From contig OZ024740.1 in the NCBI GenBank assembly GCA_964016885.1, positions 350,734,001 through 350,798,000 on the forward strand: a DNA stretch of 64,000 nt. Direction: 5' to 3'. Origin of the DNA: Eledone cirrhosa (Eukaryota). A program made the position numbers and the translations under genes. The notes under the pieces are model-generated. The model worked only from the letters and a program-made list of their open reading frames with translations, had not been told where the DNA came from and searched no databases. Shown here one piece after another: positions 25,997-39,700 of the stretch. Each line of letters opens with the position of its first letter. The stretch's first letter is position 1.

Positions 25997-26600
25997 TCTT
26001 TATATATATAAAAGCGAGGATGTGTGTGTGTCTCTGTACAATTTTGCATACTTAAGGCTTTTACAATTACCAACTGAATTTGACCAAATTTTCTGTGCAC
26101 GTTGCACAGGTAGCTAAGATTGTCACATCACAAACATTTTTCAAATCGACCCACGTTGAGCAATAAAAAATCGATATCAATATTATCGGTAGCAAAATTG
26201 ATGAAAGGGAGATAACCAACTTTATTGACAATCCTTATAAAAACGGGAGATAACCAACTTTTCAAAAATATAAACGTCACATTCATTTGAAGATAAATCA
26301 CTAATATTATCGTTTGTATACAACTCTGCTTTCATTACAACTTTTTGTACTTTAGCAAAACTGTTTGTTTTTTTACAGATTTGCAACGTGTATTGTCTTT
26401 AATCATTTGTATAACTACATCCTGTTCAGTGTTTTCCTTCATTATCAGCATAGTTTTATGTGTACAAAGATTGCACTAAATATTCGTTCGCATTAATTAT
26501 TGAAGACAGGTTGGGGACAAATAATGTTCTTCTTTTACTTCCTAGCTGTATATTCTTAGCATAATTTCAAACCCCGAGCAAGGCCGGGTAAATCTGCTAG
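25997..26600 (+). mobile_element. Non-autonomous Helitron (604 bp)
   Basis: 5' TC..tatatataaaag; 3' GC hairpin cccgagcaaggccggg about 12 nt before terminal CTAG; inserted between A and T with no TSD. Confidence 0.85.
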
Positions 26601-26610
26601 TATATATATA

Positions 26611-27308
26611 ATGAAATATATGGAGAATAGAAATGGCTGTGTAGTTGCTATTTAAGGTAACTTAAAATGCAGTGGGAATACGAAGAAAGCAAGAACGAGG
26701 GAGGTGGAGAGTTTTCCTCATCAGTTGTCTACTGGAGGTCTAGGATATTTCTACGCTTTAAAGACAAGATACCACTTTACCCCAGGGCGTCAATAACTGG
26801 ATATGTTATTGGGAAAACGAAGGAAGGAAGGAATGCAAAGGGGAAGAAAAGAGAAACAGTAACAAAACAGCGAAAAAAAAAACACAAACCGAGCAACGTG
26901 CGAGCAACTATAGGTAGGAAATCCAAGACAACTCGATAAAAGAACTTAAGTTCGAGTAATCGCGAGAAAAGACACACGTCCGATCGCTGCAGTTGTAAGT
27001 GAGAAGAGAACTGCTAAACGGTCAAACGAGGGGGTGAAAGTGAGAGGGAGAAAGGAAGAGGAAGAAAGTGGGGTAAGAGTAGATAGGGAGAAACGGAGGG
27101 GAAGAAAGAGGGGTGAGAGTAGAAAGTGGCGAAATAGGAAGGTAGAAGGGAAGAGAAGAATGGTCACAGCGAAAAACATGATGAAATATATGGAGAATAG
27201 AAATGGCTGTGTAGTTGCTATTTAAGGTAACTTAAAATGCAGTGGGAATACGAAGAAAGCAAGAACAGGAGGGATCCTCATCAGTTGTCTACTGGGGGTC
27301 TAGGATAT
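26611..27308. repeat. Partial tandem (570-bp period) of the 953-1283 repeat family; pLTR- or retrozyme-like
   Basis: 26611-26750 recurs at 27181-27308; CTGATGA on the - strand in both units. Confidence 0.75.
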
Positions 27309-27689
27309 ATATAATTTATATATATATCCATATATATTTATAAGTGCAAACAGTTAATATACTTATTTGCTTCTCATGATATTTTGACATTTATATGTCT
27401 TTCAAGAATGTTATTTCGAGTTCATGGTGAGATGGATTACAGAGATTCTAGAGAAAGTCAAGGAAACGGAAAATTGTTCAACTGTGTTTTTTTGTTTGTT
27501 TTTTTTCTTTTTTTCTGCAATGGCCTTGAGTGAGGCTAAGGTGGAAAGAGACAGTATGATTGATTATCGGTGACGTTACGACTTTAACTCTTATGTGGCT
27601 TTGGTGAGAGTTGAGTTTAATTTTAGAAATTCATTTTTTAGGGCTGAATCTGCCGTACCCTTTTTAAGGGAATAAGCCTTTTTAAGCAG

Positions 27690-28810
27690 TATCAATCAAT
27701 CAATCATGTTCCTGCAATTGGTGTTGCCCGTTGCTGAGGTTCCAGTCTAGACGCTTTCATAGTCAGCTCTCTATTCTCCGTCATGCGTAGGAGGGTCCCG
27801 AGGTTGTGACCAGTCCAGTCTTTGATGTTGTCGTACCAGGATTCTCTTTGTCGATCTCTCCTTCTCCCTCGTTTGGCGATGCCTTGAAGGATGGTTTTAG
27901 ACAATGCGTTGTGGCGTGATATATGTCTATGCCAGGCAAGCTTCCGTCTTATCACCATCGCAAGGAGTCGTTTCTATCTGTCAGCATATTTGTTAACTTT
28001 CTGCCTGACAAAGCTGTTTGTATTGTGCTCTGTGTACGGGATGTGTAGCAACCCTCGAATCATTTGTGCTCGAATGACTGGATTCTTTGTTCTATGCCAG
28101 CTGTGAGAGTCCAACTCTCAGTTTATACAAAAATATCGAAGTCTCCAACGACTTGTATATTGTGAGCTTCGTCAGAAAACTGATGGAGTTGTTTTTCCAT
28201 GACATTCAGCTTTACCATGGCATAAGTGCCTAGGAGTCGTCTTTGGTCAGAGTGGAACCTTGGTAATTGAATATATCCACTTCTTGAAGTCTTTCTCCGG
28301 ATGTTGGCTGCTATATTCTTATTATTAACAAGAATCTTGCTCTTCTCTGAGCTGCCCCCCCCCCCGCCCCGTACGCTCCGGATACATTTTCCAGTCTGGT
28401 AGTGAGCTTCTGGAGTTCTGCTTTACTGCTTCCTAATAGGTCGATGTCATTAGCAAATCTCAGGTTGGAAATGGGTCATCATCCAATGGAGGTTTTGGCC
28501 TTCCATGTCGTAGGAGCTCTGATCGAATATTATCGACTCCTGGGGATTTACCATCTTTGAGCATGTACACCGCCTCTTAGACTTCCTCCTGGAGAATTGC
28601 AGTTTCCTCAATTTCTTTGTTTTTATTGCTGAAATTGTCCAGGTTGTTGATTACATGTCTGATTGTGTAATTATAAAGTTCTTCGCAATACGCGGACCAT
28701 CTGTTGATGACATCTGACTTGTGAGGAGCAAGCCAGATTTGTCCTCGATGGCAGCGGTGATGTGTTGGTTTCTTTTTATTAGCATTTTGAGGGTTTCATA
28801 AGCAACCTTG
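27690..28810 (-). mobile_element. RTE-clade LINE, internally deleted 3' fragment
   Basis: ILQEEV..LKDGKSPGVDNIRSELL, ISNLRFANDIDLL, LAWHRHISRHNALSKTILQG..GRRRDRQRESWYDNIKDWTG; short (TTGA)n tail near 27692-27704. Confidence 0.85.
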
Positions 28811-28854
28811 AATGGCATACTCAGCTATTTCTAATCATGATTCCACTTCCAAAC

Positions 28855-29790
28855 AAGCTGCGCTTATCAATCAAGTCCATGAAGATTATGGACAGGAGAG
28901 GTGTTAGTAAGCACCTTGCCGGAGTGCGACTCCCACATTGAATGGGTTCAACTTAGCAGCATTTATCTGAAAAGAAATACAAGGACATTCGTATAGAAAC
29001 ATCAGGGCAACAGGATATCCATCGATCGCATAATCCTGCAGAACTTTCCACAACAGGTCTTGTGAAACGCTGGCATATGCTTATTTGGGGTCCACGAAAC
29101 AAGAATATACCTCTTCACAATACTCCCACGATTTCAGAAATACCCGCCGCAGTTTGAATATATGGTCGACTGTGATGCGTTTGGAGCGAAAAACACACTG
29201 TTAGTCAGTTAGCTTGAATTCAACATTACCCCCACATCTTTTTGCCAGAAACTTAGCATAGACTGTACCGAGGAGGCCGGACAATGATATCTTTCTATAA
29301 TTGAAGTAATCTCTATTTTCTCCTTTTTTGAAAATTGGTATTATCACTCCTGTTTGTCATTGCTTCGGTGCCTTTCCAGAGATCCATGCCACTCAATTCA
29401 AACGAGTTAGCCAGCCAGATATGAACCCCAGACACGTCCCTGATAGCTGATATGGAGGATTACGACTTATTAAGAAGTTGATGGATGGTCTTCCGGAATA
29501 CTGTATTTGCTGGTCTGAAGTCAGATTCTAGTTGTGGGTGAAAGCTGTTTTGTGTTGAGCCGGATGACATGAGGACTTCTTGGCTCGGTCAAGAGGTCAA
29601 AGATACCATCCGAGCAAAGAAGGAAGCTTACAAAACTTGGCTTTGAATTAAGTTTTCATACTTGCACCTGCGGTGCAAGCCAGCGCGAAAAGTTGCAGTA
29701 AAGACAGTAAAGGACGTTACAGTTACATGGGAGGACTTTGTGTTTAAGCTCGAATCAGACTTCAAATTAGCAAATAAAGTATCCTACGCT
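28855..29790. mobile_element. Old RTE (Expander/Rex3-like) LINE fragment with an inverted segment
   Basis: - strand 28855-29400: TGVIIPISKKGENRDYFNYRKISL, LLWKVLQDY, FNVGVALRQG..IIFMDLIDKRS. + strand 29400-29790: QEVKDTIRAKKEAYKTWL, WEDFVFKLESDFKLANKV. Confidence 0.7.
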
Positions 29791-30709
29791 GTAATAACAA
29801 TTTATACCAATTCACCATCTTATGGCATATCTATAACTACAATGTATTCCTTTATGTTTTTAAGACGATAAGGTAGAATTGAGTGCTCTTTGAAGCAGGT
29901 TTAATAACTACGTAGTTCTTTAGTCATTTCATAACTGGTTTTTGGCAAGAGTAGACGCCTGACTTAGATCTTTGTTTGTTTGTATTCACCCTGTATTGTT
30001 TATATTCAGATATTTCAGTTTTCTCTCATCTTCATCGAACAACCACAACATTCCTCGTGACTATGTGTTCTTTATTTCCGTTTAAATTTTGTGTAATTTG
30101 TATACATTTGCGCTGCATTTGATACATGTTAGCCAAAAGCAGAGGTACAGCGTCTATAAAATTTGCAGACTTTCCCCAACTGGTGATATTTATGCTGCCG
30201 ATAGCCAGCCTGAACCTTTGCAAGTTAAAACCTGCAAGAGAAAATGTGAGAAAAGTGCGCACGTTCTTTCTACACGAAGATGAACTTCGCTATATCACGC
30301 AGATAGATCAAATGGGGGAAGTGCTAAACGAAACCGAATGTTAGGCATCTACACTACATACATTACTCTGAACTCCATCACATAAAACGCAAAAACGAAA
30401 ATTCTTTTCGGTATCTGAAATTTGTCGCACCACAATATTTCATTTATTTCTATTCCATAAAAAGATGAGAAAATGAAAACAGTAACAAGGGCAACGACGA
30501 CGACGACGACAAGAAAAACACAACAACGATCCTAAAGAAACCAGCTGTAACAGTAACAAACAATGATCTCAACAGCAGATATTAACAGATTCATCGGCAA
30601 AGCAGGATTTGAAATAACAAAACTATAGAAACTATATATATCAAAGCACATAAACTCCCACAAACACACACACACACACACGCACACGCACACACACACA
30701 CAATGGGAG

Positions 30710-30740
<31 letters not shown>

Positions 30741-33700
30741 CCAGAGACATACTTAGATAGATTTTTTATATTTTTTACCCACTAACTTTATAATAATTAT
30801 TAAGTAAATATATACATACATATAGAAAGAATGAAAGAAAGAGAGAAAGAATAGATTAGAAAGGGAATGCAAGGGCAACTGAATAGCTTCTGTTCGGAAT
30901 ATCAGAATATTACTTTGGAAGGCAAACACGTTTTCTTTCCACTTGTATCTGATCTTTCTGTCTTTCTTACTTTTCTCTCAATTTTCTAAATCTACTTCGT
31001 ACGCTTAACCATCTATTTCGTTCAATTACATTCACTTCTTTCTCCATAACAAGTATTCTTTTAACTTCCTATCCTTAGTTTACTTCCATCTTTCTCTTTT
31101 TTTTTCTTTTTTCTCACTTACCTTCCTTCTTTCTTTCGTGTATTTTTTCCTTCTTTATGTATATTAATCAATCGCTTCGTTTTTGTTTTCACTGCTTTAT
31201 TTAATCAGTTAATCTCACTCCCCTTCCGTCTATCACTCCCATAAACACCACCATGTACACGCATAGCATTACACATAAACATACGTACGCATACATACAT
31301 GTTTTTCTTACACACCTATACACTTTGGGTTTCTTTAAGTCTTCTTTCATTTTACTTCCGGTTGCCATGTTTTTCATTTGGTATTAAATATAGAAATGAG
31401 GTTGTTTACAGTTTAGCAGAAAGTAGGTCATCATTAAGTAGTAAATTTGCTGAAAATTACTCAATGTTCTTTTGTTCGCTTCTTTTTTGTTAATTTGTTG
31501 CTTTGTTTCTTTTTGCTTTCGTGTTCATTTATTTATTTTTTTGTTTCATTAATTTCTTTCTATATTTGTTTTTCTTGTTTCAATAAAAGCCAAAACAAAT
31601 GAGCTATATTTGAGGACAGGGGGCGGGGCGAATAAAAGGCGGAACTGTGCAGGAAGAAAATGCAAGCTCTCACAATGAAACAGCTAAACATATTGAAATG
31701 TTGTAAGCAAACGCAGAAATATGTGCAAGTGAAAAGCAGGGAGAAAAATAACACATTTTCACATCCATTCATTAACTTTTTCTCTTCATTTGCCCCTCCC
31801 CTCATTCTCTCAAACACATTGACCACACAAATATGTATACGCGGAGAAAACATGAATTGTTGCGATGGAAAAGAAAACATGCTGATACTTTATATCTATA
31901 ACTACAAACAAAAGCACTAATGAAATTCTTCGTTATAGAATAAGCATGAGTGATCTAAAGTTTGTACGAAACTTTAGCCAATGAAAAGAACGAAGCTTTT
32001 TACAGTCAACATCAGCAGCTTGTTAGATATCACCATAAAATATATGTTAAGATGTCTTCAATGATGTTTTAAATGGGAAGAGTTTGTAAAAAACCGCTCT
32101 CATATGCACATCCCTACATGCACATACTTTTAAATATATAACTGTATCATACAAAGGCAAAATATATCTCAATCGCTTAGTCAAAAACTGGTGGGAGAGA
32201 GGAGAATGCTATCCTCAAACGGAGCTCTAATGATTCTTTGTTTTCGAATGCACATTCTCTCATTGCTTTTTTTGTTTATACGTAGTGTATGAAAAAGTAT
32301 CTCTACGTTAAGTATGCATATAAAAGAAAATACATATAAGCCTGCAAATGCTTCTGTTTTAAATTCTCTCATTAGGACATCCACACGTGATACCAATAAG
32401 ACGGTTGTATTAGAAGATATGGTATTCGGCATGTACTTGTATTTAATATGACTGTGCAAACGGGCATTGTTCATGAACTGTGAAGTTTCGCCGAAACTAG
32501 TGGGACTGAAATAAGATGAATGATATAAAAAGCAGTCTTAAGATAAAGTAAAATAAAAAGTCCTGCCAGCAAATGAATATTTTATTGCATTTTTGCAAAG
32601 TTTACATGTAATAGATTCGGAAACAGGTATAGCTGATAGTTCGAGGAATGAAAATCATTCATAGTTGTCCATCAGAAATAAACATCAATAAATTGTGAAT
32701 GTTAAAGAGCAGTTGGTTTGCAGATTTAAATAGATGTTTTAGTAAAATGGGTTGCAAAATGTCGACGATAGAGATTCTACATAGGAGATGATGTTTTTTT
32801 AGAAACAAAGTCTCTTCCCATATTTTTTCTGTATCGTTCATTCTCTTGACGCCCTTACCACCAGTAATCTAATAAATCAGTGACTAGTTGGTTGAAAAAC
32901 AATAAATGAAAGTAATCAAACACCTCATAAAACTGCATCATACCAAACCATATAGTAAAACTAATAATTTACGAAAAACAATATCTCTGAAATCTAAAAC
33001 CTCCCTATTAACATCAAACCACAACCATATTAACCCGAGAACAAGCTACAAATGAACTGTACAATTTCTACTTTCGTTTTTAAAGTTGAAAATTGTAAAC
33101 ATTATGACTTCAATACAACAATTGTTACAATACAACAATTTCTCTTAGGCTTCTCGTGTTCACACACACACACACACACACTACACCACACCACACTCAC
33201 TGATCGACTGAAGTGATATCTCACGGCTATGTTGATAAATTAAATTAAATCAACATAGATATACAACTTCTTTACAATTCTTAAAAAAAGTATAGAAAAA
33301 AGCTTAGACTCTAGAAAAAGCTTTGTTTTGTTTAATCCATAGGATAATATTTTTGTTAAATCTCAGTATATTTTATGTTTTGTAAATGTATATAAATTAC
33401 ATGATGTACCTCGCGTATGTCTTCTGAATATTTGACATCTATTTATTTTCTTAACTCTACTTAAGCAATTTTAAACGGCATTTTTAAATCCTCTTTATTG
33501 AATCCACTATTTCCATAGTTGGAGCCACTTCGTCCGTTATTTGTGTTTCTTCCAACAGATCAGGATAAGACTATCCAAGTAGTAAGCTATTTACAAAAAT
33601 ATGAACTAAAGTCGGAATCACTGTGTCCACTTGATTTGTTTGAAAGTAACAGTCAAATATGTTTGAGAAAATCAACCTACCGTTACACCAGACCATTAGG

Positions 33701-35678
33701 ATAGTGTACTCTCGGGTCCCAAATAATAGGGTGGGGGAATAAGCGGTGCTTAAATTCCTATAAGTGTGTGTGGGGGGGGGGGGTAAACGGAGGAATTGGG
33801 AAATCGTTAATTGTGTAGTGTACATTCGTAAATAGGAGATTTCTTGTAATGTTTTTTTTTTTGTCATATATAATGTTTTTTTTAATATAAAATAAAATAA
33901 TTATTAGATTCTCGGAATGCTTTTTTGTAAATTTGTTGGATCAGAATTGATGCAGGTTGAAACAGCAACAACGTAATTCATGATTATATAAAATGTTAAC
34001 ACATGGACCAATGAATACGAAGCAAATGCTTTAACTACACAGTTATGCATGAATTATTTACAAACTAAAGTTAAGAATCCCCTAAACTCTCATAAACATT
34101 TCTCGATACTAATGTCATTGATATACGGTTTAGGATAAGCCAAAAGCAGGTATGCTTATCTAGTTTCAAATTTGTTTGATTGGGCAATTTATGATCAAAC
34201 TTCAATGAGGAATACATTAGCCCTGATTGTGGAGTTTCAAAATGTCATGCCAGTTTTATTTAGACCAGTAGGCTAGTCCAATGCTTTTAAACTGGAAGCC
34301 TTGTGCCACCACACCACACCTACATTTTTAGAAGCCACGGGTACATCGAGGAAAGGTACATCGAGGAAATAGAAAATCATTTCTGAAGGGTTCCCTGCCA
34401 AATTTAACTGCCACTCCTACTAGGGTTCCCTGCCAAATTTAACTGCCACTCCTACTATGACCTAGCAATAATCCGTATAAGTCACTCCTCGCGCGAATTA
34501 AAAGAAAAGTATGGTAAGTAAACATTCGTCAGATTCGGCCATGGAATGGTCTACTTGTTAAACTTTAGTTCCTGTAACGTAATCCTCGGGGAAGTTTAGC
34601 GAGCGAGACACAATGTATAACAATATATAACAATGCTCCCCCAAAAGAGCTTTGACAATATATAAGCAACTTTCCAGTTATCGAACCAACCAACCGGAAA
34701 TTTATAATAAATTAAAGTGAAAACCAACATGACCCTCCCAAAATATAACAATATATATATATAATTAAGCAACCTAACGGTTTACCAACAGCTTAATAAC
34801 GGTTAATACAAACCACAGAAAAGATAATTTGTAGATAAAAATGCATAAGATAATATACCTACAATAACAACATGGCCAGTAATTAGGTGGAATTTACATT
34901 TAACAAACAAATACCTATTGACTACAAACGACTCAAAATAATCCCATGGTTAATAGCTGTGAGTTACAAACAACATATACACATACATACGAACTACAGT
35001 ACATAAATACTTGAATGAAAATCATCTATCCAACTCTATCACGTGCTTTGCATTACACCTCAAATAACAAATACCTACATTATCACCACGTGCCTCTCTA
35101 ATAAATTGCACGCCATCTTAAACATTTCTAACAATTATAACAGGCTTTAACACCTCACACAAAATATGTTTATTTCAACTGCATTATAACTCTTTCCTCA
35201 TACATGCCTTATTGACTGTATTGACTCCTGAATTGTACACCACTTTTCCTTGCTGAATTGTACACTCTTTTGTCTGCTTATACCTATTACACTTTCAACC
35301 AGTGCTGCCTGTAATTGTGTTCTCTCAAGCATAACATATTTTTTAACTTCTGACTCTCCACATGATGCCTTTGACACTAAAAACAATTATATACCATAAA
35401 TGTTCCGAAGGACTAGGATTTTAGTCACATGTTTCGACACTCCCTATGCTCCGATTATTCAAGACTTCCCTCTGGTAGAAACAATTGTCAGCAAATAAAT
35501 GTTCTAAACTAAAATTTGATCGTTTTAACACTTTGTATCTCGGCTCTGTAAAACACTTGAAAATTTGCATTGAGCCTTTTGTCATACCGGTAACCGGCTA
35601 ATACTTAGTACTACCCTCTATATTTATAGTTGTATTAAACATATAAATACAAATATCCTTATTACTATATATATATAT

Positions 35679-36040
35679 AATACAAATAGTGGAAACAATG
35701 AAATGAAACAAAATACGGGTAATTCATAGTAAAACTCATTATTTTACGATCGTTTCTGGTGGGTAGTTCTCTGTATATTTTACATAGATCACTAATAGAA
35801 TGAACATACGGAGAACTACGCCCCAGAAACGATCGTAAAATAATGAGTTTTACTATGAATTACCCGTATTTTGTTTAATTTCATTGTTTTCACTATTTCT
35901 ATTATTTTGACTCGGCTTCCAATGAATTATATCGTTGAAATTTTGTATTTTAAACTTTGCTTCACGACATCTTCTACATACGGATTACATTGAGTTCTTC
36001 ATACGGCTTGGACCCTATCATTAACTGGTGGATTTATCTG
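35679..36040 (+). repeat. Fold-back PLE-like remnant with a hammerhead 3' half
   Basis: ~95-bp inverted arms (35679-35775 / 35808-35904); GAAA-CGATCG-TA palindromic stem III at 35826-35837; (TA)n flanks. Confidence 0.65.
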
Positions 36041-36047
36041 TGTATAT

Positions 36048-36078
<31 letters not shown>

Positions 36079-36225
36079 GAGAGAGAGATAGATAGATAGA
36101 TATAGATATATATGTATATATATACATATATATATATATGCATGTTTAGATGTGTGTATATATATATACGTTCAAACATGGACAGTATAAATATATAACA
36201 GTATATAGATATAGTATATATATAT

Positions 36226-36338
<113 letters not shown>

Positions 36339-36924
36339 AAAGAATAGAGGTGTAACACACAAGTTATTATATATTGGTAAACGGAATAGAAAATGCTGAC
36401 AAATTGTTCACAGTGAAAAATAGTTTAATTAGGAATAAATGAGAATTAGTAATTGTATTGGTTAGTATTCAGTTTTGGTTTTAAGTTTTACCGGTTGCGC
36501 ATTTCTAAATGCTTTTCAAAAATAATTTTGAGATAGAGCGTCCGTGATGTTTGCTCTGATCTGATTAGTTTTGGGAATTCTACCTGTTTTTATGTTAAAA
36601 TTCTACCTGTTTTTATGTTAAAAAATTGATTTTGCGCCAAGACTCAGAAATGACTCTTTCACAACAAATATGTGTGTGTGTGTGTGTGTGTAGTAGTAGT
36701 AAAGTGTTCGTTTGTGATAATGGTTAGCAGGGATGTGTGTGCGAACCGCAGCCTGTTGACAGTTCAAATGCCTATTAAGACAAGTGTCTGTGTGTGTGTG
36801 TGTGTGTGTGTGTATAGCAGAGTAATTCGTGGTAGAGGGATGGTCAGTAGGAATGTGTCTGTAAGGGAGTGAGGGATATTTTAACATGTCCAAAGATATT
36901 TTTCAGCTCTTGTCTTATACGGAG

Positions 36925-36979
<55 letters not shown>

Positions 36980-37206
36980 AGTCTCTTTGTATGTTAATGT
37001 ACGCGCGCGTGTGTGTGTGTGTGTGTGTGTGTGTGAGAATGTGTGTGTGTGTGTGTGGGTGGACCATAATTTTTTCCCTGGTAAAATGGTGTACATTATT
37101 CAATATTTTCAGTAAAATCGATTCTCTCAATAGAACATCAAAAACCTTAACAATAAAAGGTGTGAAATGATAGTCACTATATATATATATATATACATAC
37201 ACATAT

Positions 37207-37264
<58 letters not shown>

Positions 37265-37373
37265 GTTGCACCATAGAACATGTGTGTTTACGTATGTCAT
37301 TGTGTTTATATGTGGGTAGAGATGTGTGCTAATGTAAGTATGTATGTTGACGTGTGTATGTTGTGGGTTCGTC

Positions 37374-39700
37374 TTAGGGAGAAGTGTTTAGACGGGGTCC
37401 GTATTTGTTAATAAAGTAAGATTCCTTGCTGATGCGCTGGGTGTGGGTGGCATTTTCTTTAAATTTGTAGAGGGGAAAGATTCTGAAGTTGGGATGATTT
37501 TGGGCGGCACAGGTATCAATGTGTTCACTCAGTGGTATTTTCCTGTATTCCCGTATTTTAATTTGGGATCTATGGACAGTCATGCGTTGGCGGAGGCTGT
37601 TTTTGGTCTGGCCTATGTATTGTTCTCGACAACCTTAGCAAGTTAATACATGTATTAGATTTTCCGATGCACATGTGAAATTGTGTTTTACTATAAAACG
37701 TTGTCCTTCTTTGAAATAGAATTCCGAACCCTCTATTAGGTTGATGCAAATGATGCCACAGTTGGGTCTATCGCATTTTTTTACTGTGGGTTTCGTTGTT
37801 GTGGTTGGCAATACTTTGGCATGTGTTAGGATGTTTTTCATTGACTTAGATTGTCTTTTGCTCTTTATGATATCGTGTGTTCGTAGGATTTGGTTCATTC
37901 TATGGTCCTTTTTCAACACAGGGATGTTCTGGAGGATGGTGTCAAAGGCCTCATTGTTGAGGGGGTTGTGTGTGGAGATGTATGGAAGAGATTTTAGTTT
38001 CGGTTGATTTACTTTAGGGTGTCTAAGGTCCTGGGTACTGTGTTTTAGGGCACGTTGGATTCCATTGTCAATTAGTGATGCAGGGTAGTCCCTGCCTATG
38101 AGTGTGTCCTTTAGTTCTTGTAGCCGTAAGTAGCAGGTGTTTTTATTGGAGACTAAAGTACAGATTCTCTTAGCTAAGTTGTAGGGAATATTAATTTTAA
38201 CGTGTTTAGGGTGGCAAGAGTTGAAAGGAAGATATTGCTTGGAGTCTGTCGGCTTGTAGTATATGTCTGTTTCTATTTTTTTGTTATGGATCTTAATGAG
38301 GATGTCGAGGAAGGGGAGTTGTTGATGGCTGTATTCCATCGTGAAGTTAATATTCGTGTTGAGCCCATTTATAAGGGTGTGAAATTCTTTAAGTTTTTCG
38401 ATGTTTTCGTGCCAAAGGATGAAGCAGTCATCTAGATATCGCTTCGAATTCCTTTCAATGTGTAAGTGGAGAGTGTTTCCAAATTTGTTTAGGACTTTAG
38501 TGTAGAGGGTGATTTCCAGGTATCCCATGACTAGGTTGGCATAAGTGGGGGCTGTTTTCGTTCCCATAGCGGTCCCAGATTTCTACCTGTAGGGTTTGTT
38601 ATTGAAAACGAAGTAATTGTTCTCCAAGATAAATTTGAGTCCCTCTATCACGAATTCTTTTTTGATGCGTTGTGGGAGTTCATTGTGGTAATTATCCAGC
38701 CAGAATTGGATAGCTTCTATTCCTAGGTTGTGGGGGATGTTGGAGTATAGGTTGACTACATCGAACGTCACTAGTAGGGTTTGTTCAGAAAGTGGCATAT
38801 TAGGGAGGTGATTGAGCATATCTAGGTCGTCCCTTATATAGCTTTTGATGTGTTTGAGAAAGGGCTTGAGAAGGGTATCAATGAAGTTGCTAAGGCGGTG
38901 GGTTTCGCAAGCGGGCCTGCTATTATAGGTTTTAATTTGAGATCATTGGGTGAGGGGACATTGATGACTATGTCCGTGGCTTCCTTGCATGTCTTACTTA
39001 TTAATTCGCTTTTATGTACTTTAGGGATACCGTAGAAAAGGCTGGATTTACTTGTGAAGTTTGTGATGAAGCTGAATTCCTTGTTAGTGAGTCCTTCTTT
39101 GTATTGGTTGATTCGAGTTTTGAGGTTTCTCATCATTTTCTGTTGATTGTAGTGTTCAGCCTTTTCGTAGTATGTTTCGTTTTCCAAAGTGGAGAGCGCT
39201 AAGTTGATATAGAATTCTGTCTCCATTAGGACTACTGTACTCCCTTTATCAGCCTCTTTAATTGTAATGGTTCTGTCGGTTTTTAATTTATTTAATTCTT
39301 CCCATTCTTTCTTGTTGAGGTTTGGCTTGTGTTTTTGTCTGTGCAAGTGTTGGTAAGGGAAGTTTGTGATGTGTTCACAGAATTCGTCCAGGATTTTATT
39401 TCTACCTTTTGATGGGGTGTAATTGCTTCTATTTCTGGCTAATGATTCATCCTCATTGTACTGGTCGAATAGTTGTTCACTGAGTCGTAACTTTCTACAG
39501 AAGTCTGTGATGTCTTCCTTCATTTCATAGTAGTTAGGACGTAGTGGTGTCGGTGTGAATTTAAAACCTTTGGAGAGTAAGTTGATAAGGTTGGGTGTTG
39601 GTTCTGCACTTGTAAGATTGATAATTTTTATTACTATCGGTTTCTCCTCCCTGTCTTGTGTTATTTTGTTTGCCTGTATCTGTGTGCTGTGTCTAAAAAA
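37374..39700 (-). pseudogene. PLE reverse transcriptase plus GIY-YIG endonuclease (frameshifts and stops)
   Basis: IINLT..LLSKGFKFTPTP, IKEADKGSTVVLM, FYGIPKVHK, KPIIAGP, VTFDVVNLYSNIPH, GTAMGTKTAPTYANLVM, RYLDDCF, LPFLDI, YYKPTDSKQYL, SCHP, KKCDRPNCGIIC, FTCASENLIHVLTC*GCREQYIGQT..LRQRMTVHR. Confidence 0.92.

Noticed and set aside
36860-36926. Hammerhead in the Neptune pLTR (CTGAAAA..)
   Set aside because: Requires several core substitutions that are shared by both pLTR copies; not supportable.
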